A DNA stretch of 64,000 nt from Candidatus Parcubacteria bacterium (GTDB lineage Bacteria > Patescibacteriota > Minisyncoccia > UBA9983): positions 1,690 to 65,689 of the forward strand of contig QZIU01000008.1 of NCBI GenBank assembly GCA_003599625.1, given 5' to 3'. The notes under the pieces are model-generated. The model saw only the letters and a program-made list of their open reading frames with translations, had not been told where the DNA came from and made no database searches. Made by a program: the position numbers and the translations under genes. This document shows, in pieces, positions 17,515-25,703 of this stretch (positions are counted from its first letter, which is position 1; each line of letters begins with the position of its first letter).

Positions 17515-20500
17515 ATGAATCGTTTAGGCTTTATGAAAATATTTTCGTTAATTTTTTTAGGATTTTTCCCTGTGTTTAATTTTGTTTCAGCAAGCGAGAT
17601 TAAGTGTTCTGCCACAGGCTATTCAATCTTTGCTATAAACGGGATTTTTGTTGATGAAGACGAAGCAGATGACAATAAAACCGCACTTGAAAAAATTCTA
17701 CCTCCTTCCTTCAACAATCAACCCATCACCGTCGACTATCTCCACAACCCTTCTCATCTCGCCGGTCTGGGGGACTTGGTAAAGGTTGTATATCAGAAGA
17801 TCTTCGAATACGAGACGGTGATGGACTATGATCTGGTGGAAATGATCAGAGACGCCAGCGAGAAGGTGAAGACGCAAAAAGTCCTTCTCGTGGCTCACTC
17901 CCAAGGAAATTTCTACGCCAACAGTTTCTACGGCAGCGTGGCCGGAAAAGAAGGGGGTGTCCCCAAAGAATCCATAGGCGTTTACGCCGTCGCCACTCCG
18001 GCCGCAAGAGTGGCCGGAGAAGGGGGTTGGCTTACCTCCGACACCGACAAGGTCATCGCCGGCCTGATGTCGAAATTCCCGTTCAAACAAATCATGCCGC
18101 CCAATGACAGCATTGTCTTGAAAGAAGGCGATGATGAAATGGGACACAATTTTTCCCTCGTGTATCTCAAGTATAGCGGCGGAAAAATTGTCTCCGATAT
18201 CCAATCCTCTTTAAGTAAACTAACCTCAAGCGATGTTCAAGAGGAAGAAGAGAATTGCATCGATCCTCCGAAGATAACTTTGGCGCATAAGACCACGGGG
18301 GCGCTATTGGGCGTCTCCGACTTTGCCGGAGAATCGGTTGTCGATGCCGCCAAGGTTGTGGGAGAAAAATCATATCAACTGGGTTCATTGGCCGTAAAGA
18401 CCACCGAGCAAGTGGCTTCGGCGATAATAAAGGCTCCGGCTTTGATTTTAGGAGGTGGCCAAACTGATAACTCGGCCGCCGTCGCGGGGAATCCGGGAAA
18501 TTCCCAACCTGAGCCTGCTGAAAACTCTGCGGGTGGGCTGGAGTCTGTTGAAAACTCTGCAGTCCTGCCTGGTCGTCTTCGACCTGCCCGCCAGCCACTC
18601 TTCGCTGGCGATAGCGGGCGGGGAAGGTCGGCAGAGTTTTCAACAGGTGAAGTTGCTTCTAGGACTGCGGAGTTTTCTGCGGGAGACTCTACTAGCGAGC
18701 TGTGGAAAACTTCGCTCACCTTGCAGGTTGAAGACAACCAGCCAGGAGAGCGAAGTTTTCCACAGCCCCTTCGATCAAGAGGTTCGAATTTTTCCTCAAT
18801 CGCCCAACTCCAAAATTCTTTGGATGAGATGAGAAGACAAGCCGAGGCTTTGATGGAAGCGGAGAAGGGTGCGAAAAATGATCAAGCGGCTGAAGCTGAA
18901 GCCGCGACTCGCCAAGCCTCCCGTCCAACCCTTCTCTTCCTCGGTCCTCTGTATCCCGGCTTTGGCGGTGGAGCAGCTCCGAGTCAAATATCTCTTGTCT
19001 CAGAATCGAATCAACAGGAAGAAGAGGAAGAAGAAGAACAAGAGCCGGACTCTCTTTCGGCCCCGAATCTTCTCGTCCCTCAATGCGATTACTCTTTGGC
19101 TACGGACGGCTGTCTCCTCGCCACAACCACCGTATCATTTTCCTGGCAAGCCGTTTCCGGAGCTAGTCATTACGCCGTAAGCAAAAATGGAGAATACGCC
19201 ACGACCACGGAATTAAATTTTGTCGCAAACATCCCCGATTTCTCCGATTACAATTTCTCCGTCTCGGCCTCGTCGGCCGCTATCAGCCCCGCTTCCAGCG
19301 GGACAAGCACTCAAACTGTCTCTGTCGCCACTATTCCAATTGCCATAAACGAGATCGCCTGGATGGGAACAACCGCCTCTTCCTACGACGAATGGCTGGA
19401 AATCAAAAACAATACAAGCCATACGATAGACTTGTCTCAATGGGCCATAGAATCCCAAGACGGCCTGCCATATATCGCTCTTTCCGACGCGATCGGTCCG
19501 AAAGAATACCTTATCCTTGAAAGAAGGCAAGACGCGATAATCGTAAATCAATCCATCATTACCTACGGCACCGGAGCTTCCCAATGGGCGATGAGCAACA
19601 GCGGCGAAGAGCTTATCCTTTCTCATTCCTCCACCACGCTGGACAGAACCCCATCCGTAGCAGGCGAATGGGCCGCCGGAGACAGCGCAACCAGAAAAAC
19701 GATGGAGCGCGTCAATCCCAAAGGATCAGGAACCGATCCTTCCAACTGGACCACTTGGGGGGCAAATATCGATTTCATCAAAAGCGGCGAAGACACCGAT
19801 AATAACTCAATCTCCGGCACGCCCGGCCAATGCAATTCCGCAAGCTTCATCAACATCAACAACGGCCAAAACATATATCAGGATCTCACCCTTGAAAAAG
19901 ATAATTGCTATTATGTTTCAGAGAATATCCAAGTCTCGGCCACATCAACTCTTGCAATCGAATCCGGCGTTCAAGTCAGTCTTTATCTGAATAATCTTGT
20001 CGTCAACGGTGTCCTTGATGCCGAGGGGGAAGAAAGCAATCCGATAGTTTTCGATTCTTTTTCCGAAAATCCGACAACAAACAGGATAAGGATAAATAAC
20101 GATAACGGAACCAGTACAATGACCAATGTCGTTATCTCAAACACGGGAGGAATCAGGTTGAACAACGGAGCCGATCTGGAGATAACCAACGCGGAATTTA
20201 TCAACAACAATGCCAGCATCGAACTAAACAACAACAGCTCGGCGGAAATTGAAAACGTGACTTTCGCCAGCACCACGAATGAGGCGATCGCGGCGTACAA
20301 TGGCAGCAGTGTTTCTGTCGCTTCTTCCACTATATCCAACACCATCAACGCCGACGCTATCGGAATATACGATTCCAATCTATCGATGTCTTCGACAACG
20401 ATAGACACCGTTCTTGGCGGCGACGGCATAGGCGTTTATGATTCGACAGTTTCCATAGCCAGCTCTACGATCAGCAATGTTTTAAACGGAGATGGCATCA

Positions 20501-20715
20501 CCGCGTATCATTCAACCGTATCAATATCGACTTCCACAATAAGCGACATATCGAGCGAGATGCCGGCAAGAGACGGCATTAGTCTTTATGATGAATCTGT
20601 CGCGACTGTCCTAGACGCGGTAATCGAAAATGTCTCCGGCGAAGGTATAATCGTTTCGGAAGACAGTAGTATCTCCGGCAACGCGATAATAGAGGGGGAG
20701 GAAGTGGAGTTCTAG
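17515..20715 (+). CDS. Secreted multidomain protein: N-terminal alpha/beta-hydrolase (lipase-like) domain, GC-rich linker carrying an inserted palindromic element, lamin-tail domain (LTD), C-terminal right-handed beta-helix repeats
   Basis: Signal peptide. Nucleophile-elbow-like VAHSQGN is present. The LTD signature INEIAWMGT...DEWLEIKN...GEELIL is present. There are ~10 repeats of the xxISNTxxxDGIxxYxS beta-helix type. Confidence 0.75.
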   Translation: MNRLGFMKIFSLIFLGFFPVFNFVSASEIKCSATGYSIFAINGIFVDEDEADDNKTALEKILPPSFNNQPITVDYLHNPSHLAGLGDLVKVVYQKIFEYETVMDYDLVEMIRDASEKVKTQKVLLVAHSQGNFYANSFYGSVAGKEGGVPKESIGVYAVATPAARVAGEGGWLTSDTDKVIAGLMSKFPFKQIMPPNDSIVLKEGDDEMGHNFSLVYLKYSGGKIVSDIQSSLSKLTSSDVQEEEENCIDPPKITLAHKTTGALLGVSDFAGESVVDAAKVVGEKSYQLGSLAVKTTEQVASAIIKAPALILGGGQTDNSAAVAGNPGNSQPEPAENSAGGLESVENSAVLPGRLRPARQPLFAGDSGRGRSAEFSTGEVASRTAEFSAGDSTSELWKTSLTLQVEDNQPGERSFPQPLRSRGSNFSSIAQLQNSLDEMRRQAEALMEAEKGAKNDQAAEAEAATRQASRPTLLFLGPLYPGFGGGAAPSQISLVSESNQQEEEEEEEQEPDSLSAPNLLVPQCDYSLATDGCLLATTTVSFSWQAVSGASHYAVSKNGEYATTTELNFVANIPDFSDYNFSVSASSAAISPASSGTSTQTVSVATIPIAINEIAWMGTTASSYDEWLEIKNNTSHTIDLSQWAIESQDGLPYIALSDAIGPKEYLILERRQDAIIVNQSIITYGTGASQWAMSNSGEELILSHSSTTLDRTPSVAGEWAAGDSATRKTMERVNPKGSGTDPSNWTTWGANIDFIKSGEDTDNNSISGTPGQCNSASFININNGQNIYQDLTLEKDNCYYVSENIQVSATSTLAIESGVQVSLYLNNLVVNGVLDAEGEESNPIVFDSFSENPTTNRIRINNDNGTSTMTNVVISNTGGIRLNNGADLEITNAEFINNNASIELNNNSSAEIENVTFASTTNEAIAAYNGSSVSVASSTISNTINADAIGIYDSNLSMSSTTIDTVLGGDGIGVYDSTVSIASSTISNVLNGDGITAYHSTVSISTSTISDISSEMPARDGISLYDESVATVLDAVIENVSGEGIIVSEDSSISGNAIIEGEEVEF
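18510..18775 (+). repeat. GC-rich palindromic MITE/RPE-like element(s) inserted in frame in a coding region (16-bp TIR ctgttgaaaactctgc at 18546/18631, core cgacctgcccgcc...ggcggggaaggtcg)
   Basis: Local GC content far exceeds the genome background. Nested inverted repeats are present. The core is shared with 21309-21429. Confidence 0.6.
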
Positions 20716-20724
20716 CCATGATTT

Positions 20725-20770
20725 CCTGTGGATAAACCTGTTGATAACTCAGCCAACATGCCGGGTTGGA
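20725..20770 (+). repeat. REP-like element copy between convergent genes (cctgtggataaacctgttgataactcagccaacatgccgggttgg)
   Basis: Family match. Overlaps the last codons of the minus-strand glycosyltransferase gene. Confidence 0.65.
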
Positions 20771-22089
20771 ATGAGGGAATATGCCGCGATGGTGTCGTCT
20801 AGCATTTTCTGGAGGGAGAATTTTGACAGGATTTTTTGGCGAAGATTGGCGGCGAATTGCTCGCGAAGATTTTTATCTTCCATCAGCTTTTTAATCGCTT
20901 CGGCTAGGGCTTCAGGATTTTTGGGTGGCGCCAAAATGCCTTCTTTTCCGTTATCTATGATCTCCGGTATGCCTCCGACGCTGGAAGCAATAACCGGCAA
21001 TCCGGCCAAGCCGGCTTCAAGTAACAGATAAGGCAGGCCTTCTTTGACGGAAGGCAAGACAAAAATATCAAGGGCTTTAAGATAATTGGCCGAGTTCGGA
21101 TCAGACAATTCGTTTTTACCGATTATAAAAAATTTATCTCCAATTTCGTAATTCTTGATTCTTGATTCATAATTCTTTTTTTCTTCCCCCCAGCCAATAA
21201 GGATAGTCGTCAAGCGATAGCCTCTAGCCGCTAGCGAATGGATCGCTTCGATCAAGTTTATGTGTCCTTTGTTTTTGGTAAACTCGCCAATGGTGCCGAT
21301 AAGGTGGTCTGATAAATTTGCCGACCTTCCCCGCCCGCTATCGCCAGCGAAGCGTGGCGGGCGGGCAGGTTGAAGACAACCAGCTTGCCCCGCCAAATAC
21401 GGCGGGGGCAGGACTTCAAATTTATCAGACTGCGATTTATAATTTGCCGCAAGCTCCTCTCTTGCCCTTTCTTTTTCCAAGAAATTATAATCCTCCTGTT
21501 TGATTCCGTTATGTATTACTGTCATTTTTCTTGCCGGAGCGATTTTGTTTTTTATCGCCTCTCTATAATCATTTTCCGAGACACAGATTATTTTGTCGTA
21601 AAAAAGACAAGTCAACCTACTGATCATTTTTATAAGTATGTTTTGCCAGCGGAGCCGGTCTTCGAGAAAGGCCCAACCGTGAACTGTAAACACAGTGGAA
21701 AGTTGAAAGTGGAAAGTTGAAAGTTTATAAACAAAACAAGCCAATCCCGCAGCTCCGCCTGCTTTGGAGCTGGACACATGAACAATGTCAGGCCTTGTTT
21801 TCAAAAGAAGAAAAAAAACTTCAACAGAAGAAAAAATATCTTTTAAGAAATTTACATTTCTTTGAAAATTTTTAATTTCAAAATAGGGCAAGTTGGCCCC
21901 TGTCAGCCTTTGGGCCATCAGGCCTCTTCCGCCTCCCGCGATAATCGGCTCAAATTGATCCTTTGGCAGATTTGTCGCCAGGTCGAAAACATATTTCTGA
22001 GCCCCGCCCCAGACCGACTTGGTTATGATATATAAAACCTTCTTTTTCGTTGATTTTTCGGGCATTTTATTATACCGTAAGGATACCAT
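20749..22089 (-). CDS. Glycosyltransferase family 1 (GT-B fold; GT4-like)
   Basis: C-terminal EGLPYLLLEAGLAGLPVIASSVGGIPEII motif. Carries two in-frame repeat insertions (21309-21429 and 21695-21726). The start (22089 or 22065) overlaps the divergent neighbour. Confidence 0.8.
   Translation of the reverse strand: MVSLRYNKMPEKSTKKKVLYIITKSVWGGAQKYVFDLATNLPKDQFEPIIAGGGRGLMAQRLTGANLPYFEIKNFQRNVNFLKDIFSSVEVFFLLLKTRPDIVHVSSSKAGGAAGLACFVYKLSTFHFQLSTVFTVHGWAFLEDRLRWQNILIKMISRLTCLFYDKIICVSENDYREAIKNKIAPARKMTVIHNGIKQEDYNFLEKERAREELAANYKSQSDKFEVLPPPYLAGQAGCLQPARPPRFAGDSGRGRSANLSDHLIGTIGEFTKNKGHINLIEAIHSLAARGYRLTTILIGWGEEKKNYESRIKNYEIGDKFFIIGKNELSDPNSANYLKALDIFVLPSVKEGLPYLLLEAGLAGLPVIASSVGGIPEIIDNGKEGILAPPKNPEALAEAIKKLMEDKNLREQFAANLRQKILSKFSLQKMLDDTIAAYSLIPTRHVG
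21309..21429. repeat. Second copy of the GC-rich palindromic element, with 12-13-bp TIRs (tctgataaatttg/caaatttatcaga)
   Basis: Core ccgaccttccccgcccgctatcgccagcgaagcgtggcgggcgggcaggttgaagacaaccagc is near-identical to the reverse complement of 18583-18634. Confidence 0.65.
21695..21726. repeat. Heptamer-periodic tract (gtggaaa gttgaaa)x2, 28 nt plus gttt, inside the GT gene
   Basis: Direct reading. Encodes STFHFQLSTV in frame. Confidence 0.8.
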
Positions 22090-22096
22090 ATTTATG

Positions 22097-23263
22097 GATC
22101 TTTCTGAAGAAAAACGAAAAAGAATCCTTATTTTTTCCCTGGCTTACGCGCCATTCGTGGGCGGGGCGGAGCTGGCAGTCAAGGAAATTACCGATAGGAT
22201 CGATAATGCCGATTTTGATCTAATCACCCTCCGTTTCGACCGGAAATGGCCTAGAAAAGAGCGACTCGGCAATGTAAATGTTTATCGGATCGGCGGAGGG
22301 AAGCTTTTCTTCCCCATTTTTGCTTTTTGTAAAGCGAACAGGCTTCATAAAAAAAACCCGTTTGATTTGGTCTGGTCTATCATGGCAAACCGGGCGGGGT
22401 TCGCTGCGTTGTTTTTTAAACTTCGGCATCCGGAAGTCAAATATTTGCTCACTTTGCAGGAGGGCGACCCAGTCGATCATCCGTTCAGGCAGATGGGGGT
22501 GCTCAGATATTTTTTGACCAGGCTTTACCGGAAAGTTTTCAGCAAGGCGGATTGCATGCAGGCGATAAGCAATTATCTGGCGGAATGGGGAAGGAACATG
22601 GGAGTAAGGGCGGAAGTGGAGGTGGTGCCGAATGGAGTGGATACGAAGTCCATAAAGTCGAAAGTTCATAAAGTTCATAAAGTTAAAGACAAAAATAAAA
22701 AAACAATAATTACGACCTCGAGATTGGTTCATAAAAACGGGATTGATACTTTGATCAGAGCGGTGAGTAAATTAAAGCTACAAGCTACAAGCTACAAGCT
22801 ACAAGCCCTTATTCTCGGCGCGGGGCCGGAGGAGCAAAAGCTGAAAAATCTGGCAAAAGAATTGCAGGTTGAAGATGTTGTCAGATTTCTCGGCCATGTC
22901 GGGCCAGAGAAAATTCCGGATTATTTGGGTCAGGCCGATATATTCGTGAGGCCTTCAAGGTCGGAAGGCTTGGGGAGTTCTTTCCTGGAAGCGATGGGGG
23001 CGGGGCTTCCCGTGATAGGCACAAGAACGGGCGGCATTGTTGATTTTATTAAAGATCCTGAAGATGTCGGCCCGAACGTTGCCACCGGAGTCTTTGCCAA
23101 AATAGACGATCCGGAAGACTTGGCCTACAAGATCCGCATGCTCTTCATTAACGACGAGTTGGCCGGCTTTATCTCGCGAAACGGCAAGTGGCTGGTGGAG
23201 AACAATTATTCCTGGGACAGCGTGGCCGTCAGAATGCGAGAAATTTTTAGTAAAGTTGCATAA
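22097..23263 (+). CDS. Glycosyltransferase family 1 (GT-B)
   Basis: GLGSSFLEAMGAGLPVIGTRTGG motif. Start taken at MDLSEEKRKRILIF because the longer ORF overlaps the divergent gene. Contains the (gctacaa)x4 tract and the aaagttcat repeats. Confidence 0.8.
   Translation, partial: DLSEEKRKRILIFSLAYAPFVGGAELAVKEITDRIDNADFDLITLRFDRKWPRKERLGNVNVYRIGGGKLFFPIFAFCKANRLHKKNPFDLVWSIMANRAGFAALFFKLRHPEVKYLLTLQEGDPVDHPFRQMGVLRYFLTRLYRKVFSKADCMQAISNYLAEWGRNMGVRAEVEVVPNGVDTKSIKSKVHKVHKVKDKNKKTIITTSRLVHKNGIDTLIRAVSKLKLQATSYKLQALILGAGPEEQKLKNLAKELQVEDVVRFLGHVGPEKIPDYLGQADIFVRPSRSEGLGSSFLEAMGAGLPVIGTRTGGIVDFIKDPEDVGPNVATGVFAKIDDPEDLAYKIRMLFINDELAGFISRNGKWLVENNYSWDSVAVRMREIFSKVA
22777..22804 (+). repeat. Perfect tandem heptamer (gctacaa)x4, 28 nt, in frame (encodes LQATSYKLQ)
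   Basis: An identical tract in the same reading frame occurs at 26212-26239 in a different GT gene. Confidence 0.9.
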
Positions 23264-23310
23264 AAAAGCGAGTGGAGTTATAATATTATGGACAGTTAAG
23301 TCCATAATAA

Positions 23311-23928
23311 ATGAACAAAATCATCAAAATTAAAGACAGAACATCAGCCGGTAATCGCATTGCTGAGATTGCTTCGCGGGGCGAGGTAGTTTTCCATTCC
23401 GGGGATCTGGCGAACTTATGGGGTATTCAAAACAAAAGTACTCTGAATAAAACTCTTCTCAGGTACGCCGCCAGAAAATTTATCTATCGAATTTATAAAG
23501 GGCTTTATGCGCTAAAAAAGATTGAGGATATAGATCCATTTTTTCTGGGGATAAAGGCCATACACGGTCCCGCGTATGTGTCTTGCGAGTCGGCGCTTTA
23601 CGAGTTCGGTATTCTAAATCAGCCCCCGAAAGAAATCACCTTGGTAAGTTCTTTTTCTAGACATTTTAAGGTTGACGGTTACAAGTATCGTTCCAGAAAA
23701 ATGAAGGATGACTTTCTTTATAATGATATCGGCATAGAAGTTAGAAACGGCATAAGGATTGCTTCCGTGGCGAGAGCCGTTGCTGACATGCTTTACTTTA
23801 ATCCGCGGAAATATTTTGACGCTTGGAATTCCGGTTTGATCGACCGCAAAGAAGTAAAAAATATTATCGATGCCATGGGTTATAAAATCAAACTTCCGAA
23901 ACATGAGTTCAATGATATTGCCGGATAA
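23311..23928 (+). CDS. AbiEi-like antitoxin/transcriptional regulator (type IV TA)
   Basis: ~200-aa protein with an N-terminal wHTH-like region. Its end overlaps a downstream AbiEii-family nucleotidyltransferase gene, the canonical AbiE operon arrangement. Confidence 0.5.
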   Translation: MNKIIKIKDRTSAGNRIAEIASRGEVVFHSGDLANLWGIQNKSTLNKTLLRYAARKFIYRIYKGLYALKKIEDIDPFFLGIKAIHGPAYVSCESALYEFGILNQPPKEITLVSSFSRHFKVDGYKYRSRKMKDDFLYNDIGIEVRNGIRIASVARAVADMLYFNPRKYFDAWNSGLIDRKEVKNIIDAMGYKIKLPKHEFNDIAG

Positions 23929-24646
23929 AAAAGACGCCATTCACAAAGCTTGGCTTTACAGGGTTCTGCAGTCACTCGCGGATGAGCCTTATCTTGCGGG
24001 TTGTTTATATTTTAAGGGCGGGACATGCGCTTCCATGCTTGGTTGGCTGGACAGATTTTCCGTTGATCTGGATTTTGATTACGCAGGGGAGGAGAAAGAT
24101 GTCAAAAAAACAAAAATCTTACTTGAGAAAATTTTTGCCGAATTGGGGTTGACTATTAAAGACGGCAGTAAAAACGGAATCCAATATTTTCTGAAATACG
24201 AGAATGACGGCCGGGGGAGAAGAATATTAAAACTGGATGCTTCGTTTCCACTCTTTCATGCCAGCAAGTATAAGCCGGAGAGATTTTTGGAGATAGACAG
24301 AATTCTGAACTGCCAAACCAAAGAAACGATGTTTGCTCATAAGCTCGTTGCTTTGAGGGACAGGTTCAACCGAACCGGGGGCATCGCGGGAAGAGATATA
24401 TACGACATTCACCATTTTTTCATGAATGGATGGAAATATGATACAGAGGTGATCATAGAAAGAACCGACAAAGAGCCGAAAGAGTTTCTAAAAGAACTCG
24501 TTGGATTTATAGAAACCAAGGTTTCCAAAAAACATATTGATGAAGACTTGAACCCGCTCCTTCCGGCGGGTAAATTCGCTTTGGCTCGTAAAGTTCTAAA
24601 GGGGGAAACAATTAGCCTTATAAAAGATGAAATAAGGAGGTTGTAG
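23903..24646 (+). CDS. AbiEii/AbiGii-family nucleotidyltransferase toxin (DUF1814)
   Basis: LYFKGGTCASMLGWLDRFSVDLDFDY matches the GGTAL...RFSEDIDF nucleotidyltransferase motif of AbiEii. Confidence 0.7.
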   Translation: MSSMILPDKKDAIHKAWLYRVLQSLADEPYLAGCLYFKGGTCASMLGWLDRFSVDLDFDYAGEEKDVKKTKILLEKIFAELGLTIKDGSKNGIQYFLKYENDGRGRRILKLDASFPLFHASKYKPERFLEIDRILNCQTKETMFAHKLVALRDRFNRTGGIAGRDIYDIHHFFMNGWKYDTEVIIERTDKEPKEFLKELVGFIETKVSKKHIDEDLNPLLPAGKFALARKVLKGETISLIKDEIRRL

Positions 24647-24686
24647 GCAGGAGAGTCTTGTATTTTTAACACTTCGCGTTAATTCT

Positions 24687-25703
24687 ATGATAACCGGCAA
24701 AAATATCTTAATCTGTACCGGAATTTATCCGCCGGATGTGGGCGGACCGGCAAAGTATGCCCTTAATCTTGAGCAAGAATTTTTAAGAATGGGGCACAGC
24801 GTCAAGGTGTTGGCTTATGGGGTAGAGAAAAAAATGCCAATAGGCATAAGACATGTTTGGTATTTTTTGAGAACGATTTTTGCCTTGGCGAAAGTCGATT
24901 TGATCATCGGTTTGGATATTTTTTCAACGGGTTTTCCGGCGGTTTTGGCGGGCAAGATTTTCGGCAAAAAAACTATTTTGCGCGTGGGCGGCGATTTCCT
25001 CTGGGAAACCTATGTCGAATCGACCGGCAATCTTATAAAGCTCAAAGATTTCTACGCAAATCAACCGCCGCTTTCTTTGAAATTCAAAATCATCGCGTTC
25101 CTCCAAAAATTCGCGCTAAAAAACGCGACGGTTTTGGCGTTTAATACAAAGTGGCATGCTGAGATTTTTGAAAAAGTGTATGAATTAAAAAAGGATGCAA
25201 TATTTATTGTAGAAAACTTTTATAAAAAAGAAAAAGAAACCAGTCCTTATTCTAGAAAGAATTATATTTTTGCGGGGCGTTTAATTAAACTTAAAAATAC
25301 AGAAGCTTTGTCTTCCGCTTTTGAAGAAGCAAAAAAAGAAAGAAAAGATATAGAATTAGAAGTGATTAGTGATATGCAGCAAAAAGAATTACTAGAGCAA
25401 ATTAAAAATTGCTACGCCGTTATACTTGTTTCAATTTCGGATGTAAATCCGAACATTATAGGCGATGCTGTAAGATTCGGCAAGCCTTTTATAGTTACCA
25501 AAGAAACTGGTTTGCCTGAAAAAGTAAAAAATATGGGACTCCTGGTAGACCCATTAGACCAGAAAGATATTAAAGAAAAAATAATAAAATTATTAAATAC
25601 TGATACTTATGAAGAATATCGTCAAAGAATTATCTCCTCGGATTTTGCGCATTCATGGAATGATATTGCAAAAGAGTTTCTGGAGATTTATAAAAATTTA
25701 TGA
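24687..25703 (+). CDS. Glycosyltransferase (GT-B-like)
   Basis: N-terminal GIYPPDVGGPAKYALNL motif and C-terminal ETGLPEK region typical of GT1/GT4 enzymes. Confidence 0.6.
   Translation: MITGKNILICTGIYPPDVGGPAKYALNLEQEFLRMGHSVKVLAYGVEKKMPIGIRHVWYFLRTIFALAKVDLIIGLDIFSTGFPAVLAGKIFGKKTILRVGGDFLWETYVESTGNLIKLKDFYANQPPLSLKFKIIAFLQKFALKNATVLAFNTKWHAEIFEKVYELKKDAIFIVENFYKKEKETSPYSRKNYIFAGRLIKLKNTEALSSAFEEAKKERKDIELEVISDMQQKELLEQIKNCYAVILVSISDVNPNIIGDAVRFGKPFIVTKETGLPEKVKNMGLLVDPLDQKDIKEKIIKLLNTDTYEEYRQRIISSDFAHSWNDIAKEFLEIYKNL

Noticed and set aside
18167-18737. Long antisense ORFs (158 and 120 aa) across the GC-rich insert
   Set aside because: These are an artefact of the GC-rich palindromic element lacking stop codons in several frames. 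The sense frame continues a 1066-aa protein.
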